Origin: Schizochytrium sp. TIO01
Lineage: Eukaryota; Protista; Bigyra: Labyrinthulomycetes
DNA length: 64,000 bases
Assembly: GCA_004764695.1 (NCBI GenBank)
Contig: SMSO01000031.1
Coordinates: 6,616,761 to 6,680,760, forward strand
Direction of reading: 5' to 3'
Shown here: positions 22,288-34,067 of the stretch, piece after piece
Numbering within the stretch: position 1 is the stretch's first letter
Layout: every line of letters starts with the position of its first letter
Notes under the pieces: model-generated
Databases searched by the model: none
Told to the model about the DNA's origin: nothing
Seen by the model: only the letters and a program-made list of their open reading frames with translations
Made by a program: the position numbers and the translations under genes

Positions 22288-23694
22288 CTCGTCTTGTCTT
22301 GTCTTGTGAAATCTAAGGTATTTCTCGTTCCAAAAAAAAATGGTCTCTACGTAAGCTAGCTCCTGCTGTTTGAGATTGGCAAAGCTTTCAAGTTTGGGGT
22401 TTGATTTGATTTCCTATCTCAAAATCTGCAAGGCCGATTCAATCTCACCAGCATACATTTATGCATGCTTGCATACATACCAGTTACCCCTCATTTAAGC
22501 CCCGGGCTATCAGCAATAGCAGCAGCTAAGGGAGAAGCTATCTGGCTAAGACACATGAGGCCGAGCATATCGAGAGAGCTTCGACTGTACTATACATGCG
22601 GTCAAGCAACAAACGCAAGAACAGCATCATCGCGCAGTACACAACATACGACCCTAAGCTGAAGCACTGGAGCTGCAGGTCATGCTCAGTTGGTGCAGAT
22701 ATCTAACGTAGGTAGGCAGGTACCTAGAGATAGGTGCACCGCACTGCAAACAAGTCAACCATTGTGGCAAATTGGATGAGTCCCAACGTTTTCTATTCAT
22801 TGTCACTGGATCTATAGAATTCACTCGCAGTGCTGTGATTTTTCATGTATAAATCGGAGGTAGGTACAGTTGCCATATACTGTGTGGTAGTGAGTTCTAC
22901 TGTGCATTCAAGACTGTCCCTGAAGCTTTGCGTTCCGCTTCGTACCCTCTCATATGTTAAATTCTGTTGGCTGAGACTCTTAAGCAGTTCCTTGCACAGC
23001 AAAACGAACATCGGGGAAACGGGAAATCTTCTGTGCGTTCAGGGTGTGCCTCCACTAAAAAATAACGACTCGGAAGAAAGAGAGGTTATCGGAGAAAGTG
23101 TATTGCTTCGTTCTGTTCTGTTTCGCGCCGTCACGCTGGAACATCCCAACATGTTTCCTGCGCGTCGAGGTCTGAGGCGACTTCCGTCGACGATGGTGCT
23201 CGAGATTTCAGGTTAATAAATATCTGCAATGCCCTGAGTGTGTGCTTATAGTAAATACCTTCATTCATAGTTATGCAAGGTCCAGTGAAAACCTAATTGC
23301 CGTTGCGACGCGTCGAACATGATAAGATATAGAAGTTTTCTTCAATTAAACGAGACGTCATCCCTAATCAATTTAAAAATCGTAAATGAAAATAATTGCA
23401 AGGTAGGTCTGGGTCACTCCCAGAGGCTGTGGAATAGAGCACTTGCGGTATTTGAGGCATTGAGCTGAGACCGAGACTAAATCTTTTCCTTCGGAAAAAG
23501 TGTCTCCTCTGGCAACTCAATGACTGTTGGCAATTTCGAAGGCCTTGGTGTCGAGCAAATCTAGAATTGCAGTTTCTTAATTGTCAATCGTAAATCGAAC
23601 TGCTGCCTCTGTTGTTCGTAAATAAAAAGCTTTGTTTGCAGCAAGGGATATTTGCAGTGGAGCTGCCAGGTGCAGTATCGTAAGACGCATAATT

Positions 23695-23994
23695 ATGAAT
23701 CTATTTAAAGGCATAGCTCGCAAGCTCAATAGACCCCCAGGCATTCACACAACCCGCCCCATGTACAAAGCAACATCTGCACCAATTCGCGACACTACAA
23801 TATTTCCCGCCGCTGGACAAGCACAAGGTGGACACCCCCATGTGCTTCCGCAGGGACAAATGATGTTCCGATTGGCAGGCCAGTCAGGGCTTGCACCTTT
23901 TAAGACTATTTTGGGAGGTATCGTTGCTGTTACCATGATCAAAGTTCTGCTCCTCGACCCAGCGAAACCTCGTGCTAAACATCAACCTCAATGA
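23695..23994 (+). CDS. PAAGQxxGGHP family member 3, C-terminally shorter (99 aa)
   Basis: ATG at 23695, FPAAGQAQGGHPHV, then PFKTILGGIVAVTMIKVLLLDP (TM), matching member 2. Lacks the C-terminal half. Inverted orientation relative to the other two copies. Confidence 0.7.
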   Translation: MNLFKGIARKLNRPPGIHTTRPMYKATSAPIRDTTIFPAAGQAQGGHPHVLPQGQMMFRLAGQSGLAPFKTILGGIVAVTMIKVLLLDPAKPRAKHQPQ

Positions 23995-25038
23995 GAAGGG
24001 AAAACAGCATCTCTTCAGCCACTTATCTGCAAACAAATTCTTCATGCTTGAAATGTTCTGTAGAAAATAATACAATGTAAACTCATGTAAAAACTGCCAA
24101 CCCCCTGAGAATTGGCTGCCGCCAATTTCATAGTATCTAAATTTGAAGTCTACTTCTACCATGAAATTAAACTTGTGTGTAGATGATACCATTCTGTAAA
24201 AAAATAAAAATGTTTTGCTTTGCATCTTGGCTTTCATGCAACTTTTAGAAAAGAATTAACGAGATCAGAGCCTACCGGCATAGTCAAAAAACGATTGATG
24301 ATCTCTTTGAAACTACTGCATTTAAATAGATGAAAACGACACTTTCGAAACTTTTCTCTCAAGCTATCATATAGTTACAAAGACGAAAAAAACTTGACGA
24401 ATCAATCTTTTGCCTGACAATCCATATCTTGTAGAGTCAGAGATGTGCTATATGGATAGCTTGAGGTACCTGTGGGCTACTGCATCATCACTTGACAATT
24501 GTCGTCTTTTCCCAAAGTGTTCTGTCAAGCTCAAAGAGCATCAAGGATTGTTAACCTAACTGCAGTACAACCCTATCAAAGCATCTTCTCTGTTGTTGAA
24601 GCAACAAAACAAAATCCGATTCGTACATTTTCACTTTGCTAAATATTGCTTCTTTACCCAGAAGTTCTTCTTCAGCCAGACCAAAACCAGTCTCCTATTT
24701 CTTCTCCACTCGGATTGCATCTTCTTCTCTGGGTGCCCTTTCTCAATCCTTATGAATGATGTGGCACACTTTTGTACTACCATATACTATATGATATGAA
24801 AAGATTACAAGAGAGTGTGGTTTTGCCTGCACAACAACTTCTGGCAAGAGCAAAGATAGCCAGGTCTCTTACCTCAAATCCTGTATCGGCGTCGCGGCAT
24901 CTCAGCAGCGGTGCCAGTAAGGTTCTCTCCTCCTCAGCTCTGCGCCGATCTAATCTTTACAGGATAAGTTTCCTTTTGCGAGGCTAACTTAGAAAAGTGC
25001 ATCGTCTTGAATTGTCTGGTGTGCGAGGCGACGCATGA

Positions 25039-26220
25039 ATGAGTCGCCGTCGCGTATCTTCAAGCGGCGCCATGGATAACCCGGTTAATGAGGCAGATGG
25101 CATGGAGCTCGGTAGCATGGACGCAGCATCTGTTGCCAAGAAGCGAAGTGGGACTGGAGCATATGACGTGGACGAGGAAACTGAGCAGCTCTTGGACCAA
25201 TCTTTTCAGCCAGCTCCAGGAACTACTTCGAGCACCGCATTTGCAGGGAGCTCTCGCCAACGTGGAGTTCTCAACTACGTTAAAGCATGGTGGAAGGGTC
25301 CTAAGACTTGGCGCACTGCTCTCGGCATTTTTGTGGGATTTGTCATCTATTACTACTTAGTGCGTATGGTCAACACCCCATTGCAACTCCGTTTGGACGC
25401 GCCACAGCGCTTCTGTCCGTACCTTGATACCTCTGCGATCGAGTTACGTCGCGCTGGACTTCCTAATTCTATGAAATCGTCGAAGATGAAACTTGGTATC
25501 GTGACATTTTTTGGAAACATGGATCCTGAGATGCGAGCCGCGTCTATCGCGAACAAGGAAACTTACGCAGCTCGCCACGGATATGACGTCATCGTGGCTG
25601 ATGAAGATATTGATAAGTCCAGGCCAGCGGCGTGGTCTAAATTTATCATTTTGAAGAAGTACCTTGATAAGTATCAATACTTGATGTGGATGGATGCAGA
25701 TGCACTCTTCATGAATATGACCATTCGTGTCGAGGATCTCATCGACAGCCACCACGAACTCTTTTTCGCACGCGATGAAGCTGACATCAACTCTGGTATC
25801 TTCCTTATTCGCAACTCAGAGTGGTCCAAGTGGTGGCTTGATCAAGCCTGGGACCAAACCTGGCTCATCAAGGGAAGCCACCCGTTCAAATACGAGCAGC
25901 GGGCTATTCAATACATGTATGGTGTGGAAGCTATGGAGAAGGATGCCGAAAAGCACAACCGCCCACTTTATGAGCATAGAGAGGACGTTCGAAGCAAGAC
26001 GCAAGTCCTCCCTTACTGTGCTTTCAACTCGAACATTTGCGAGGAGTTTTGGACTGGCCTTATCCTCTTTCGCCGTAGGCAGGTGGCTGGGTGGATTTGC
26101 GACAATGTCTATGCCAACGGCGACTTCATCATTCATTTTGCTGGCAAGACTCCAAGCTCTTGGCGTAATTGGCTCTTTTTGGAGTTTGCCGAGCTTGCCA
26201 AACAGAAAGATGCTCTTTAA
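25039..26220 (+). CDS. GT34 (GMA12/MNN10-like) glycosyltransferase, type II membrane protein
   Basis: N-terminal TM; RPAAWSK, WMDADA (DxD), INSGIFLIRN, YEQ and GDFIIHFAG motifs typical of the galactosyl transferase GMA12/MNN10 family. Confidence 0.88.
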   Translation: MSRRRVSSSGAMDNPVNEADGMELGSMDAASVAKKRSGTGAYDVDEETEQLLDQSFQPAPGTTSSTAFAGSSRQRGVLNYVKAWWKGPKTWRTALGIFVGFVIYYYLVRMVNTPLQLRLDAPQRFCPYLDTSAIELRRAGLPNSMKSSKMKLGIVTFFGNMDPEMRAASIANKETYAARHGYDVIVADEDIDKSRPAAWSKFIILKKYLDKYQYLMWMDADALFMNMTIRVEDLIDSHHELFFARDEADINSGIFLIRNSEWSKWWLDQAWDQTWLIKGSHPFKYEQRAIQYMYGVEAMEKDAEKHNRPLYEHREDVRSKTQVLPYCAFNSNICEEFWTGLILFRRRQVAGWICDNVYANGDFIIHFAGKTPSSWRNWLFLEFAELAKQKDAL

Positions 26221-26434
26221 ATAAGGCCCTTGCATGTTTGTGTGAAAAAAACAAAACAAAAAACTCTTTCTCAACAAGGATTTTAACTTTCCTTGGTTTC
26301 GTCTTTCGTGAGGTCCGCAAGAAGCATTATATCGTCCTGCACTTCAACGCGTAATTTTAAATATCTGTAGCAAAACCACTCGAATAATTTATTCCATGGA
26401 AAGGTTTTGAAAAATTAAGTCATCTGAGATTATT

Positions 26435-27892
26435 TTAGAAGAGTTTCTTGTAGCCGTTTGAGGTTCTTGTCGTCAGTGGTTCCTCGCATGGGAAGAACGT
26501 CTGATCCATAACTATATCGAAGGTATCGTCTATAACCCGAGGAATGAGTGCAGAGAGGAGAGGACACACTCTTTCTAGACATGGATTTTCGTTTATCTCA
26601 ATCAGCTTTACTCTCCGGTCTATACCTGGATCATCGGTTATCATAAAGTCAAGTCCAAATAGCTCAAACCTTCTGCCACACCCTGTCGGTTGAATACCAG
26701 GGAGTGCATTAAGGAATGTTTCCTTAGAGATTGTGCAAATCTGTGGCCAGAAAGAATCCATCACCTGTTTACCTGCACCCTCACCTTCTGCGGCATCTAA
26801 GACCTCAGCTAGCTGGGTCATGCTTAATTTGTTTCCAGCTTCTATAGTACCGTAGTCACTTGCTTTGTTTTGAACAGCATCATTTGTAAGATGGACCAGT
26901 CGATCATTAAAATTTTTGATAGAATACGGTCTGCTTGACGTTCGTACATAGGCTTGTTCGTGGAGATATAACTGAAACCCATCATGAACATGGTGGTTTG
27001 GTTCTGCGGAGAAACTTGCCGATAGGAGTTGGCTATGACTGGTAGATAATCCATCTCCAGCCTCTCGATTGCTATCAACTTCTGGCTCATTTGGCTGTGT
27101 TGTATCGTCGCAGCCCTGGTTCGTCACGTGTTCTATTACCTTTTTTGTACTTGCAGCACTTGATGAGCCCTTGTTAAGAATAAGGAGGACATAACAGCGA
27201 ATGTCAAACTTTCGCCCGTGCACAAGCAGGGGACGCTCGATATACTCTTGCACAATCCACGTTTTGCGCTTACTATCTTTCCCCTCTAAGCGTTCAATAA
27301 GCTCTTTGGCAACATTGTTACGAGATCGAGCCAGGAAAATCCCTACTCCTCGGTTAGTTCCACTTCCAGGTTTGACAATGAAAAGCCTCTCATTGTCCGT
27401 GTCTTGACCTTGTTCTTGCCACGCAAGAATTTCTTCTGAGTCAGCATTAACTTGGTATGATCTAGGTGCGAAATCTAGGGTTTCAGGTCTTTGTGAAAGG
27501 GTCTCTAAGAGTCCCTTTTTACTCGTAACAACTTTATTCGAGTCGAAGTGATTAATTATAGGCTCAGCAAGACGATTCGATATAGATTTCAATGAGCGTG
27601 TTCTCTTTCCAGGTTGCGAGTTTGCAAGTTTAGCAGAAGGAATTTCACCTAGCGATGACCGATACTGACACCAGACAAAGTCAGCCTTCGCCAGTGCTTC
27701 TTGTTGCCGCTCTTTTGCTGTGGAGCTATCCTTCCCTTGCCCTGGTACAAAAGGAGACCATCCCTTTCGTAGACGGAACTGTCGCCGAATTAAGTCTGCA
27801 CTATTCCCATTTGCGACGCAGTAACGAAGTCTCGATGCAGGCCTATCTAGGCCCAGCTGTTCTCCGCTGCGCTCCCTAGCTCGACGCTGCAT
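26435..27892 (-). CDS. Tubulin-tyrosine ligase-like (TTLL) protein, possibly glycylase-type
   Basis: IVKP..NRGVGI, IVQEYIERPLL..GRKFDIRCYVL, HLTNDAVQ, FELFGLDFMI, LIEINENP. First in-frame ATG is at 27892 (the ORF track start is a TTG). Subfamily assignment is inference. Confidence 0.88.
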   Translation of the reverse strand: MQRRARERSGEQLGLDRPASRLRYCVANGNSADLIRRQFRLRKGWSPFVPGQGKDSSTAKERQQEALAKADFVWCQYRSSLGEIPSAKLANSQPGKRTRSLKSISNRLAEPIINHFDSNKVVTSKKGLLETLSQRPETLDFAPRSYQVNADSEEILAWQEQGQDTDNERLFIVKPGSGTNRGVGIFLARSRNNVAKELIERLEGKDSKRKTWIVQEYIERPLLVHGRKFDIRCYVLLILNKGSSSAASTKKVIEHVTNQGCDDTTQPNEPEVDSNREAGDGLSTSHSQLLSASFSAEPNHHVHDGFQLYLHEQAYVRTSSRPYSIKNFNDRLVHLTNDAVQNKASDYGTIEAGNKLSMTQLAEVLDAAEGEGAGKQVMDSFWPQICTISKETFLNALPGIQPTGCGRRFELFGLDFMITDDPGIDRRVKLIEINENPCLERVCPLLSALIPRVIDDTFDIVMDQTFFPCEEPLTTRTSNGYKKLF

Positions 27893-28340
27893 TTTGTTGT
27901 AGCTTTGTCGCACAGGCTTTAGAGTACAGGGAAGACTAGCCAAAATGGCAGCCTTATTGTGATCAAGTGTTTAATTTTCGCAAGCGTGCAGTTTCCATGG
28001 AAGTAGCGAGAAAAAGGCATACTTCGTCATCAACCCACAAGCTTGTAGCATCATACGCAGGTAAATGCATAAACGGGGCACTCAGCAGTACTAGAGTGTC
28101 AGTAAGGAAGGACCTCAAGAAAGAAAGAAAGAACCGTTAAGTCTATGGTCACATTTGACCTAATAGTGAATCCCGTGAGAATCCTGCAATTGAGAGGCCG
28201 GGCTAAGAAATGCCATCTTGATAGTTAACCTGGTTCATGTTAATGTAACATGGTGATGGGTGATACAAATCACAAATGAGTGTCAAAATAGATGCAGGGG
28301 AACAAAATATGTGGCATAAAAAGTTTAGAGTATAAATTGT

Positions 28341-30062
28341 CTATCCGGTTTTCAAGATACCTGCGGCGATAAGAACTTCGATCTTCTCGCGAACACCAGG
28401 GTTTGCCATGTGTTCGCCGGCCGAAGCCGGGTTCTGTCGCATGTCATCAAGAACACGGCGCATCACGGGGTCGTTAAGGATACCCTGGACTTCAGGGTCC
28501 TCCATTGCACGGCTGGCGCGCAACTGATCGTCAGCAGGGGAGGCGCTGTGAATAGCCACTTGGGTGCGCTGGAGACCCTGGAGGCACTCCTGGTTGGTAG
28601 GATCAATCTCGAGACCGAGCTTGAAAGACTTGAGGGCCTTGTGGTACTCCTTGAGAAAGATCTGAATGTTACCACGCTTGGCGATGCACTTGACGTACTT
28701 GGGGTCAATCTCGAGTGCCTTCTTACAGTCGTCCATGGCGCGGCCAAAGTCACCAAGCTTCATGAAGGCCGTGGCGCGGTTACCGTAGTAGACGGCGCAC
28801 TTCGGGTCGCGCTTAATAGCCTCACTGTACTTCTCGATGGCCTCTGGGAATTTGTGCTCCTTGAAGAAGGCATTGCCCTCCTCCTTCGCGGCGGCTGCCT
28901 TTTCTGGGTCGAGGTATGCCTTGGACTCCTCCTCCTTGAGCTTGCGCTCCGCAATCTTGATCTTGTTGGCTACACCAGGGTTGCTGAACTCGAGCTGGCC
29001 CTTCTTGTATTGCTCAATAGCCTTGGTCCACTGCTTGTGCTTCGCATAAGCGTTACCCATGCGCTCGTACGCCTTGGCAATTTGTTCGTAAGGCGCATAC
29101 ACTGACCTTCCAACCTGGATTGCCTCCTCGCAAGATTTAATGCATGACTCAAGGTCTCCCTGTTCGAGCTTGACTGATGCGATGTTCAGATGAAACAACA
29201 TGTTTTCGGGGTCGAGTTCCTTGGCCTCGTTGTACTTAGCAAGAGCTCCATCCATGTCCTTGGCCTTGTACAACTCGTTACCCTCGAGCTTGATAGCTTC
29301 TGCCTTCTCCTTCTTCTCGCGCTTCTCGCGCTCCTCAGGCGTCTCGTTTTCACGCTTGATGCGCTCTTCTTCCTCCGCCTTCTTCTTGGCCTCCTCCTCT
29401 GCCTTGGCCTTGCGAGCCTTCTCACGCTCAAGATGTTCTTCTGCCGCCTTAGCCCGCAAAGCGTCGTCATCCCCGGGAGTAACCTGGAACTTGATGCCAA
29501 GAATCTCACTAAAAACCTCCCGAATACGAGGATCTTGTGCTCCGAGTTGAAGCATCTGAGGGTTGGTCTGCATCATGGCGAGCAGCTGCGAAAAGGTCGG
29601 GTCTTCAAGGTACTTTGAGAGCTTGGGCGAGGCCTTGATGCGGTCCATGAAGTCGGGCGGGAAGAGGCCTTCGAGACCAGAGCTGGTGGAGGTCTTCGCC
29701 TGCTTCACGGCGTCAAGGCCATTCTGGAGAGCCGCAAGGCCAGGCTCCACCTCAAGACCCTTCTCGTAGGCGGCGATGGACTCGTCAAACTTCTTGAGGT
29801 TGTGAAGGGCTGCACCCTTGCGCACATAGCCCTTGCCCCAGCCAGGCTGCAGCTTAATGCACTCCTCAGCGTCCTTGAGAGCGGTCTCGGCGAACCCCTT
29901 GGAGAGGTAGGCGGCAGATCTGTTAGAGTAGTAGACGTGGTTCTTCTCGAGCTTGATGGCCTCCGAGTACCACTCGATGGCCTTGTCAAAGTCCTTGTTC
30001 TTCAAGGCCTCGTTACCGCGCGCCTTGCAGTCTTCGGCATCGGCCTTGCGATCCTTCTCCAT
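28341..30062 (-). CDS. STI1: Hsp70/Hsp90 organizing protein STI1/HOP (573 aa)
   Basis: TPR1-DP1-TPR2A-TPR2B-DP2 layout (KARGNEAL, YSNRSAAY, KEEGNAFFK, AMEDPEVQGILNDPVM, LIAAGIL). Strong codon bias. Confidence 0.95.
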   Translation of the reverse strand: MEKDRKADAEDCKARGNEALKNKDFDKAIEWYSEAIKLEKNHVYYSNRSAAYLSKGFAETALKDAEECIKLQPGWGKGYVRKGAALHNLKKFDESIAAYEKGLEVEPGLAALQNGLDAVKQAKTSTSSGLEGLFPPDFMDRIKASPKLSKYLEDPTFSQLLAMMQTNPQMLQLGAQDPRIREVFSEILGIKFQVTPGDDDALRAKAAEEHLEREKARKAKAEEEAKKKAEEEERIKRENETPEEREKREKKEKAEAIKLEGNELYKAKDMDGALAKYNEAKELDPENMLFHLNIASVKLEQGDLESCIKSCEEAIQVGRSVYAPYEQIAKAYERMGNAYAKHKQWTKAIEQYKKGQLEFSNPGVANKIKIAERKLKEEESKAYLDPEKAAAAKEEGNAFFKEHKFPEAIEKYSEAIKRDPKCAVYYGNRATAFMKLGDFGRAMDDCKKALEIDPKYVKCIAKRGNIQIFLKEYHKALKSFKLGLEIDPTNQECLQGLQRTQVAIHSASPADDQLRASRAMEDPEVQGILNDPVMRRVLDDMRQNPASAGEHMANPGVREKIEVLIAAGILKTG

Positions 30063-30361
30063 CGTGCTGACCTGTCGTAGCGGACACTCGAAACTACGTT
30101 GATTCGGTTTTGCTTTCGCTTCTTCTTCTTCTTCTTCTGCTTCTTCGCTTCTCTTTACTCCTACTTTGCTCTATGTTATTATGGCTTTTTCTCTTGGATC
30201 GAGATCGACGGAAGAAGAGGTCAGACAGACTATCGAAAGAGGCCCTCTGCCCGGCCAGAAGCACGGGACACGCCAACGGTGCAGGGCTGCAGGCGGCCAG
30301 AGCAGGTTACGAAGACCTGAATTGCGGTTTCCTCAAGAGCGGGGCAGACTTGATCGATTGA

Positions 30362-30696
30362 TCATTCATTCATACGTTCATTCATTCGTTCCTTCGTTCG
30401 TTCTTTCGTTTATTCATTCATTCTTCATTCATTCATTCTATCTTTCAAAAGGGTAACGGCGTAATGGTCAATCAATTCGAGAGAAACGTTTGAGAAGTGG
30501 GCCACGATCTGCTCCACACACGGGGCTTCAGCTGCGCCGGGGTCCTCCGAGAGAAGGCCAACGCAGAGCCTGCAATCGCAGATCGAATTTGGGTGGATTG
30601 TCCGCGCGTTTGGTCCATCCATAAACATCTCGAACTCGAAGATCTGCATTGCACGAAAATCTTTTGATACTTCTGAAGAAGAAGAGAAAGAAAGTG

Positions 30697-30732
<36 letters not shown>

Positions 30733-30733
30733 T
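30362..30733. repeat. (CATT)n and (CTTT)n microsatellites upstream of STI1
   Basis: Visible at ~30362-30440 and ~30698-30733. Confidence 0.85.
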
Positions 30734-31299
30734 CGAGAAGGTCTCTGTAGAACTCCCATATGCGCCAGTAGGACTCTCGCTGCGTTTACCCCGCTGTGTA
30801 ATACAGTGAGGTATAGTCTGATACCTCTGTGTGTGCCGCTCCGTTTACTATGGAAAGTTCACTCGAAGTTTGCCCCTCTTTTCCTGCCTTCTTTAGAGGG
30901 AATAAATAGGTGTGCGCCATAAGTTGCCAAACTCAATGCGGGCAGCAGTTGAGGTCTCTGAGTGTAGTGCGGCTGCGATGCTTAGGTTTGGCACCTTAGC
31001 TTGCTGCTGCTTAACTTTAGAGGATGAAAGCAGTTTAAGAATTCGTTGTACATTTTGAAAGACTCATTATGATGGCATTTCTAGCAGGTTTGCCTGCTCT
31101 GTAGGAATTCCTACTCTAGAGTAATAAGAAAGCAAGCATCAGTAGTACGAGTAGCACTACCCATATATTGATTGTACTGCTGTATGTTTGTTGGAGTGCA
31201 AGATGAATGAAGTGGAGAATCAATCATTAGCGTCAATCGCGGATTTTCCCGAGCCTCGTTGAGACTTTGGTATCTGTTACGCTCGAATCTTGATCAACC

Positions 31300-32142
31300 A
31301 TGGAACGCCTCGCAGCTTCCATTCGTCCTCGCCACGTGATCCTGGGCCTCGCTCTGTATGGCGTTGGCGTGGTGGGTGGATCCTCGCTGTACCAGAGCTC
31401 GCAGAAAAAGTCCGAAAAGAGTGGCGAGCAGCTGCAACTTGGAGGAAAGGCATTCGACGGCCTTGCAGAGGCTTATGATAATCGCATCTCGACTTCAGAA
31501 CGCATGGCTGGCATTTTGGGTATGCGGAAAAAACTGCTTAGCGAACTCAAGGGCCCAACACTAGAGGTTGCTGCAGGCACAGGCCGTAACCTGGAGTACT
31601 ATCCCAAGGGCATTCATGTCACGCTCACAGACACCAGTGAAAAGATGCTCGAGCAAGCCAAGGAAAAGGCACGCCAGGCAGGCCACCTCGCTATCCGACT
31701 GGGCGTAGGCAGTGCTCAAGACTTGCCATTTGCGGAAAATAGTTTCATGCATGTGGTTGACACATTTGGACTCTGCTCCATGCCAGATCCCAAGGAAGCT
31801 CTTATCGAGATGCGCCGTGTTGTGAAACCCGAGGGTGATATTCGCCTTATTGAACATGGACGCTCGCACTGGGGTTATTCTTTACTTAACAAATATCTCG
31901 ACTCGCGTGCAGAAACTCACATCCAGGACTGGGGCTGTGAGTGGAACCGCGATATCAGCGGCATCATCAAGGAGACACCTGGTTTAGAAATTGTCGAGGA
32001 ACGCCACCACCATCTGGGTACAACATATGAATACATTCTTCGTAAGGTTGACCTTCCAGCAAACGATGATGTGGCGCGCCAGGCAGAGAAACAAATTTTG
32101 TCTTCATCTACCGGGCCAAATGCTTCTGCTCAAGCAGCATAG
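31300..32142 (+). CDS. Class I SAM-dependent methyltransferase, OMS1/METTL7-like
   Basis: N-terminal TM; LEVAAGTGRNL (motif I), LTDTSEKML, LPFAENSF, VVDTFGLCS, LIEHGRS, WGCEWNRDI. Confidence 0.85.
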   Translation: MERLAASIRPRHVILGLALYGVGVVGGSSLYQSSQKKSEKSGEQLQLGGKAFDGLAEAYDNRISTSERMAGILGMRKKLLSELKGPTLEVAAGTGRNLEYYPKGIHVTLTDTSEKMLEQAKEKARQAGHLAIRLGVGSAQDLPFAENSFMHVVDTFGLCSMPDPKEALIEMRRVVKPEGDIRLIEHGRSHWGYSLLNKYLDSRAETHIQDWGCEWNRDISGIIKETPGLEIVEERHHHLGTTYEYILRKVDLPANDDVARQAEKQILSSSTGPNASAQAA

Positions 32143-32144
32143 TT

Positions 32145-33344
32145 TTATGCGCCACAACATCGACGTCTTTTTCCTGTAGAAAGGTCATCATCATTGCTTA
32201 GTTGAAATTGCAAATTTATCCTTCCGAGGTCTGCACCAAAGTTAACGTCAGCATCGGAACTCCCAGCTCCTTCTTTTGCTTCCGCTGTTGCGTTTCTAAA
32301 GATCAACCCTCCATTGTGGTGAATTTGTATTGAAACAGCCTCAAAAATCGCTTCTACATTGATGTTGGCCTTGGCGCTTGTTTCAAAATATAACGCGTTA
32401 CGGCTTTGAGCATATGCGCGAGCCTCCTCTTCTGGGACAGCTCGCTGGGCGTGTAGGTCAGTTTTATTGGCAGCAATAACAAGCTGTACATTTGGTGGCC
32501 CAAGCTGTGAAAGCTCATGGATCCAAGTTCTAACACCTTTGAATGATTCCTTTCGAGTCACGTCAAAGACAATAATCGCGGCGTCTGCGCTCCGGTAGTA
32601 TCTGTCAATTTATTAAGATGTATAAGATCATGCAAGTTCTCAATCACATCAAGATTGAGGGAGATAAGAAAGATATAGACGTCACAGTGCTTGTTGAAGC
32701 ATTGATCGCGATAGCAAAAATAGTATACGTCAGCAATGTCATATTCTTAATCCCCCTACTTTTGTTTTGCTCATTAATCTATAAAGTCTTCCTTTCCCAT
32801 TTATCCTATTCTAGAAAACCCGACGTGAAAAACTGAACGCCCTCTCCTCAATCTACAAGGGAGACTTAAAAATTGAAACTTACAAGCTTGCTAAACTGTG
32901 GTATTGTTCCTGTCCTGCTGTATCCCAGACCTGAAACTTTATGGATGACCCGTTCTCCCGTTGTATAACCTTTGTAGAAAATGCAACCCCTAGATATTTG
33001 TAATCCCCATTGAGACATTGTCAAATAAGCAAAATAAATTTGGAGTGAGTTGATTATCACTTCCCCAAATCAAAAACATATTCAGAAGTGTCAATTGCTT
33101 TGTACATCCGCATGTGCTACGTACCTAAAGTTGATACAGAGTTGTTTTCAAATGTGTTGTGACACAACCGAAGAATGAGACTTGTCTTTCCAACACCGGA
33201 ATCGCCCAAAAACACAACTTTAGCTGCGTCGCTCTTGGCAGTCCCTACATCTTGTTTGGGTTGCTTCACGGCTGACATTGCCCGAATAATTTGGCTTGTG
33301 CGGCCTAGACTAAGACGCTTCGCAACACTTTTTTCTGTCACCAT
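32145..33344 (-). CDS. Rab5/Rab22-like small GTPase, 3 exons
   Basis: Exons 33344(or 33278)-33125, 32989-32884 and 32601-32145. Spliced protein has [53 protein letters not shown], ETSAK and a C-terminal CCGA prenylation motif. Confidence 0.9.
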
Positions 33345-34067
33345 GTTGATTGAATACGGCAATAGACTGAATGAAGGTTAGAGAAACAAAATAAAAAAAT
33401 GAATGAACCCAGCAAGTGCAGCTGTTGCTCCCAATTATCTAGCTCAAATTGCAGCCGCTACCTTTCTTGTGAACAAGCCCGCAAGACTGAGACCCTCATC
33501 CACGCTATGTAGTCTCTCTATGCGAGGGCTTCACTCATAAAACAACGGGAGAGCCCTTTAGGTGGTTTTTGGAGGCCCGTTCTGATGAGCCTTCCTTCAT
33601 TAAGCAAATAGGCGAACAGTTCCTCTGATGATGACGATGTTGGCAACAAGCCAAGATTGACTCACGCGCTGCTAAACGTTTCTCTATATTTAGTAGAGTA
33701 GGAAGGTAGTAAGGAAGGTGAAAACAACTTTTCGACGGCGAACCCAACGGATCGTTTGGTTTTGCCCAATACAGAAGCTCTTCACGGAGAGACCGATACA
33801 TCCCATCGTCCTACTTGCGAACTTGCACGCTGGTGTTGCTACTACTTCCCCTCTATTGCAATAACTAGGCTAGGGTTCTGTACCCATTGTGCCAAATTCA
33901 ATAATATTGCTTCCTGCCAAAAGGTGACCGCTACAAAACTAAGCAGAAGTCATTCAAGAATTTGTAAATCATCGTCTTGAAGTGTTAATTAATGCAAATG
34001 TTTAGAGAATCAATTCATAAGCTCGAACGTATTATTACATAGACTGGTATTCGTAAGCACCTCCGAA

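Noticed and set aside
28410-30080. Long plus-strand ORFs overlapping STI1
   Set aside because: Antisense artefacts of strong codon bias.
30793-30830. Small hairpin containing TGAGGTATAGT, reminiscent of let-7
   Set aside because: The seed does not match let-7, the stem is too short for a pre-miRNA, and the lineage is implausible.
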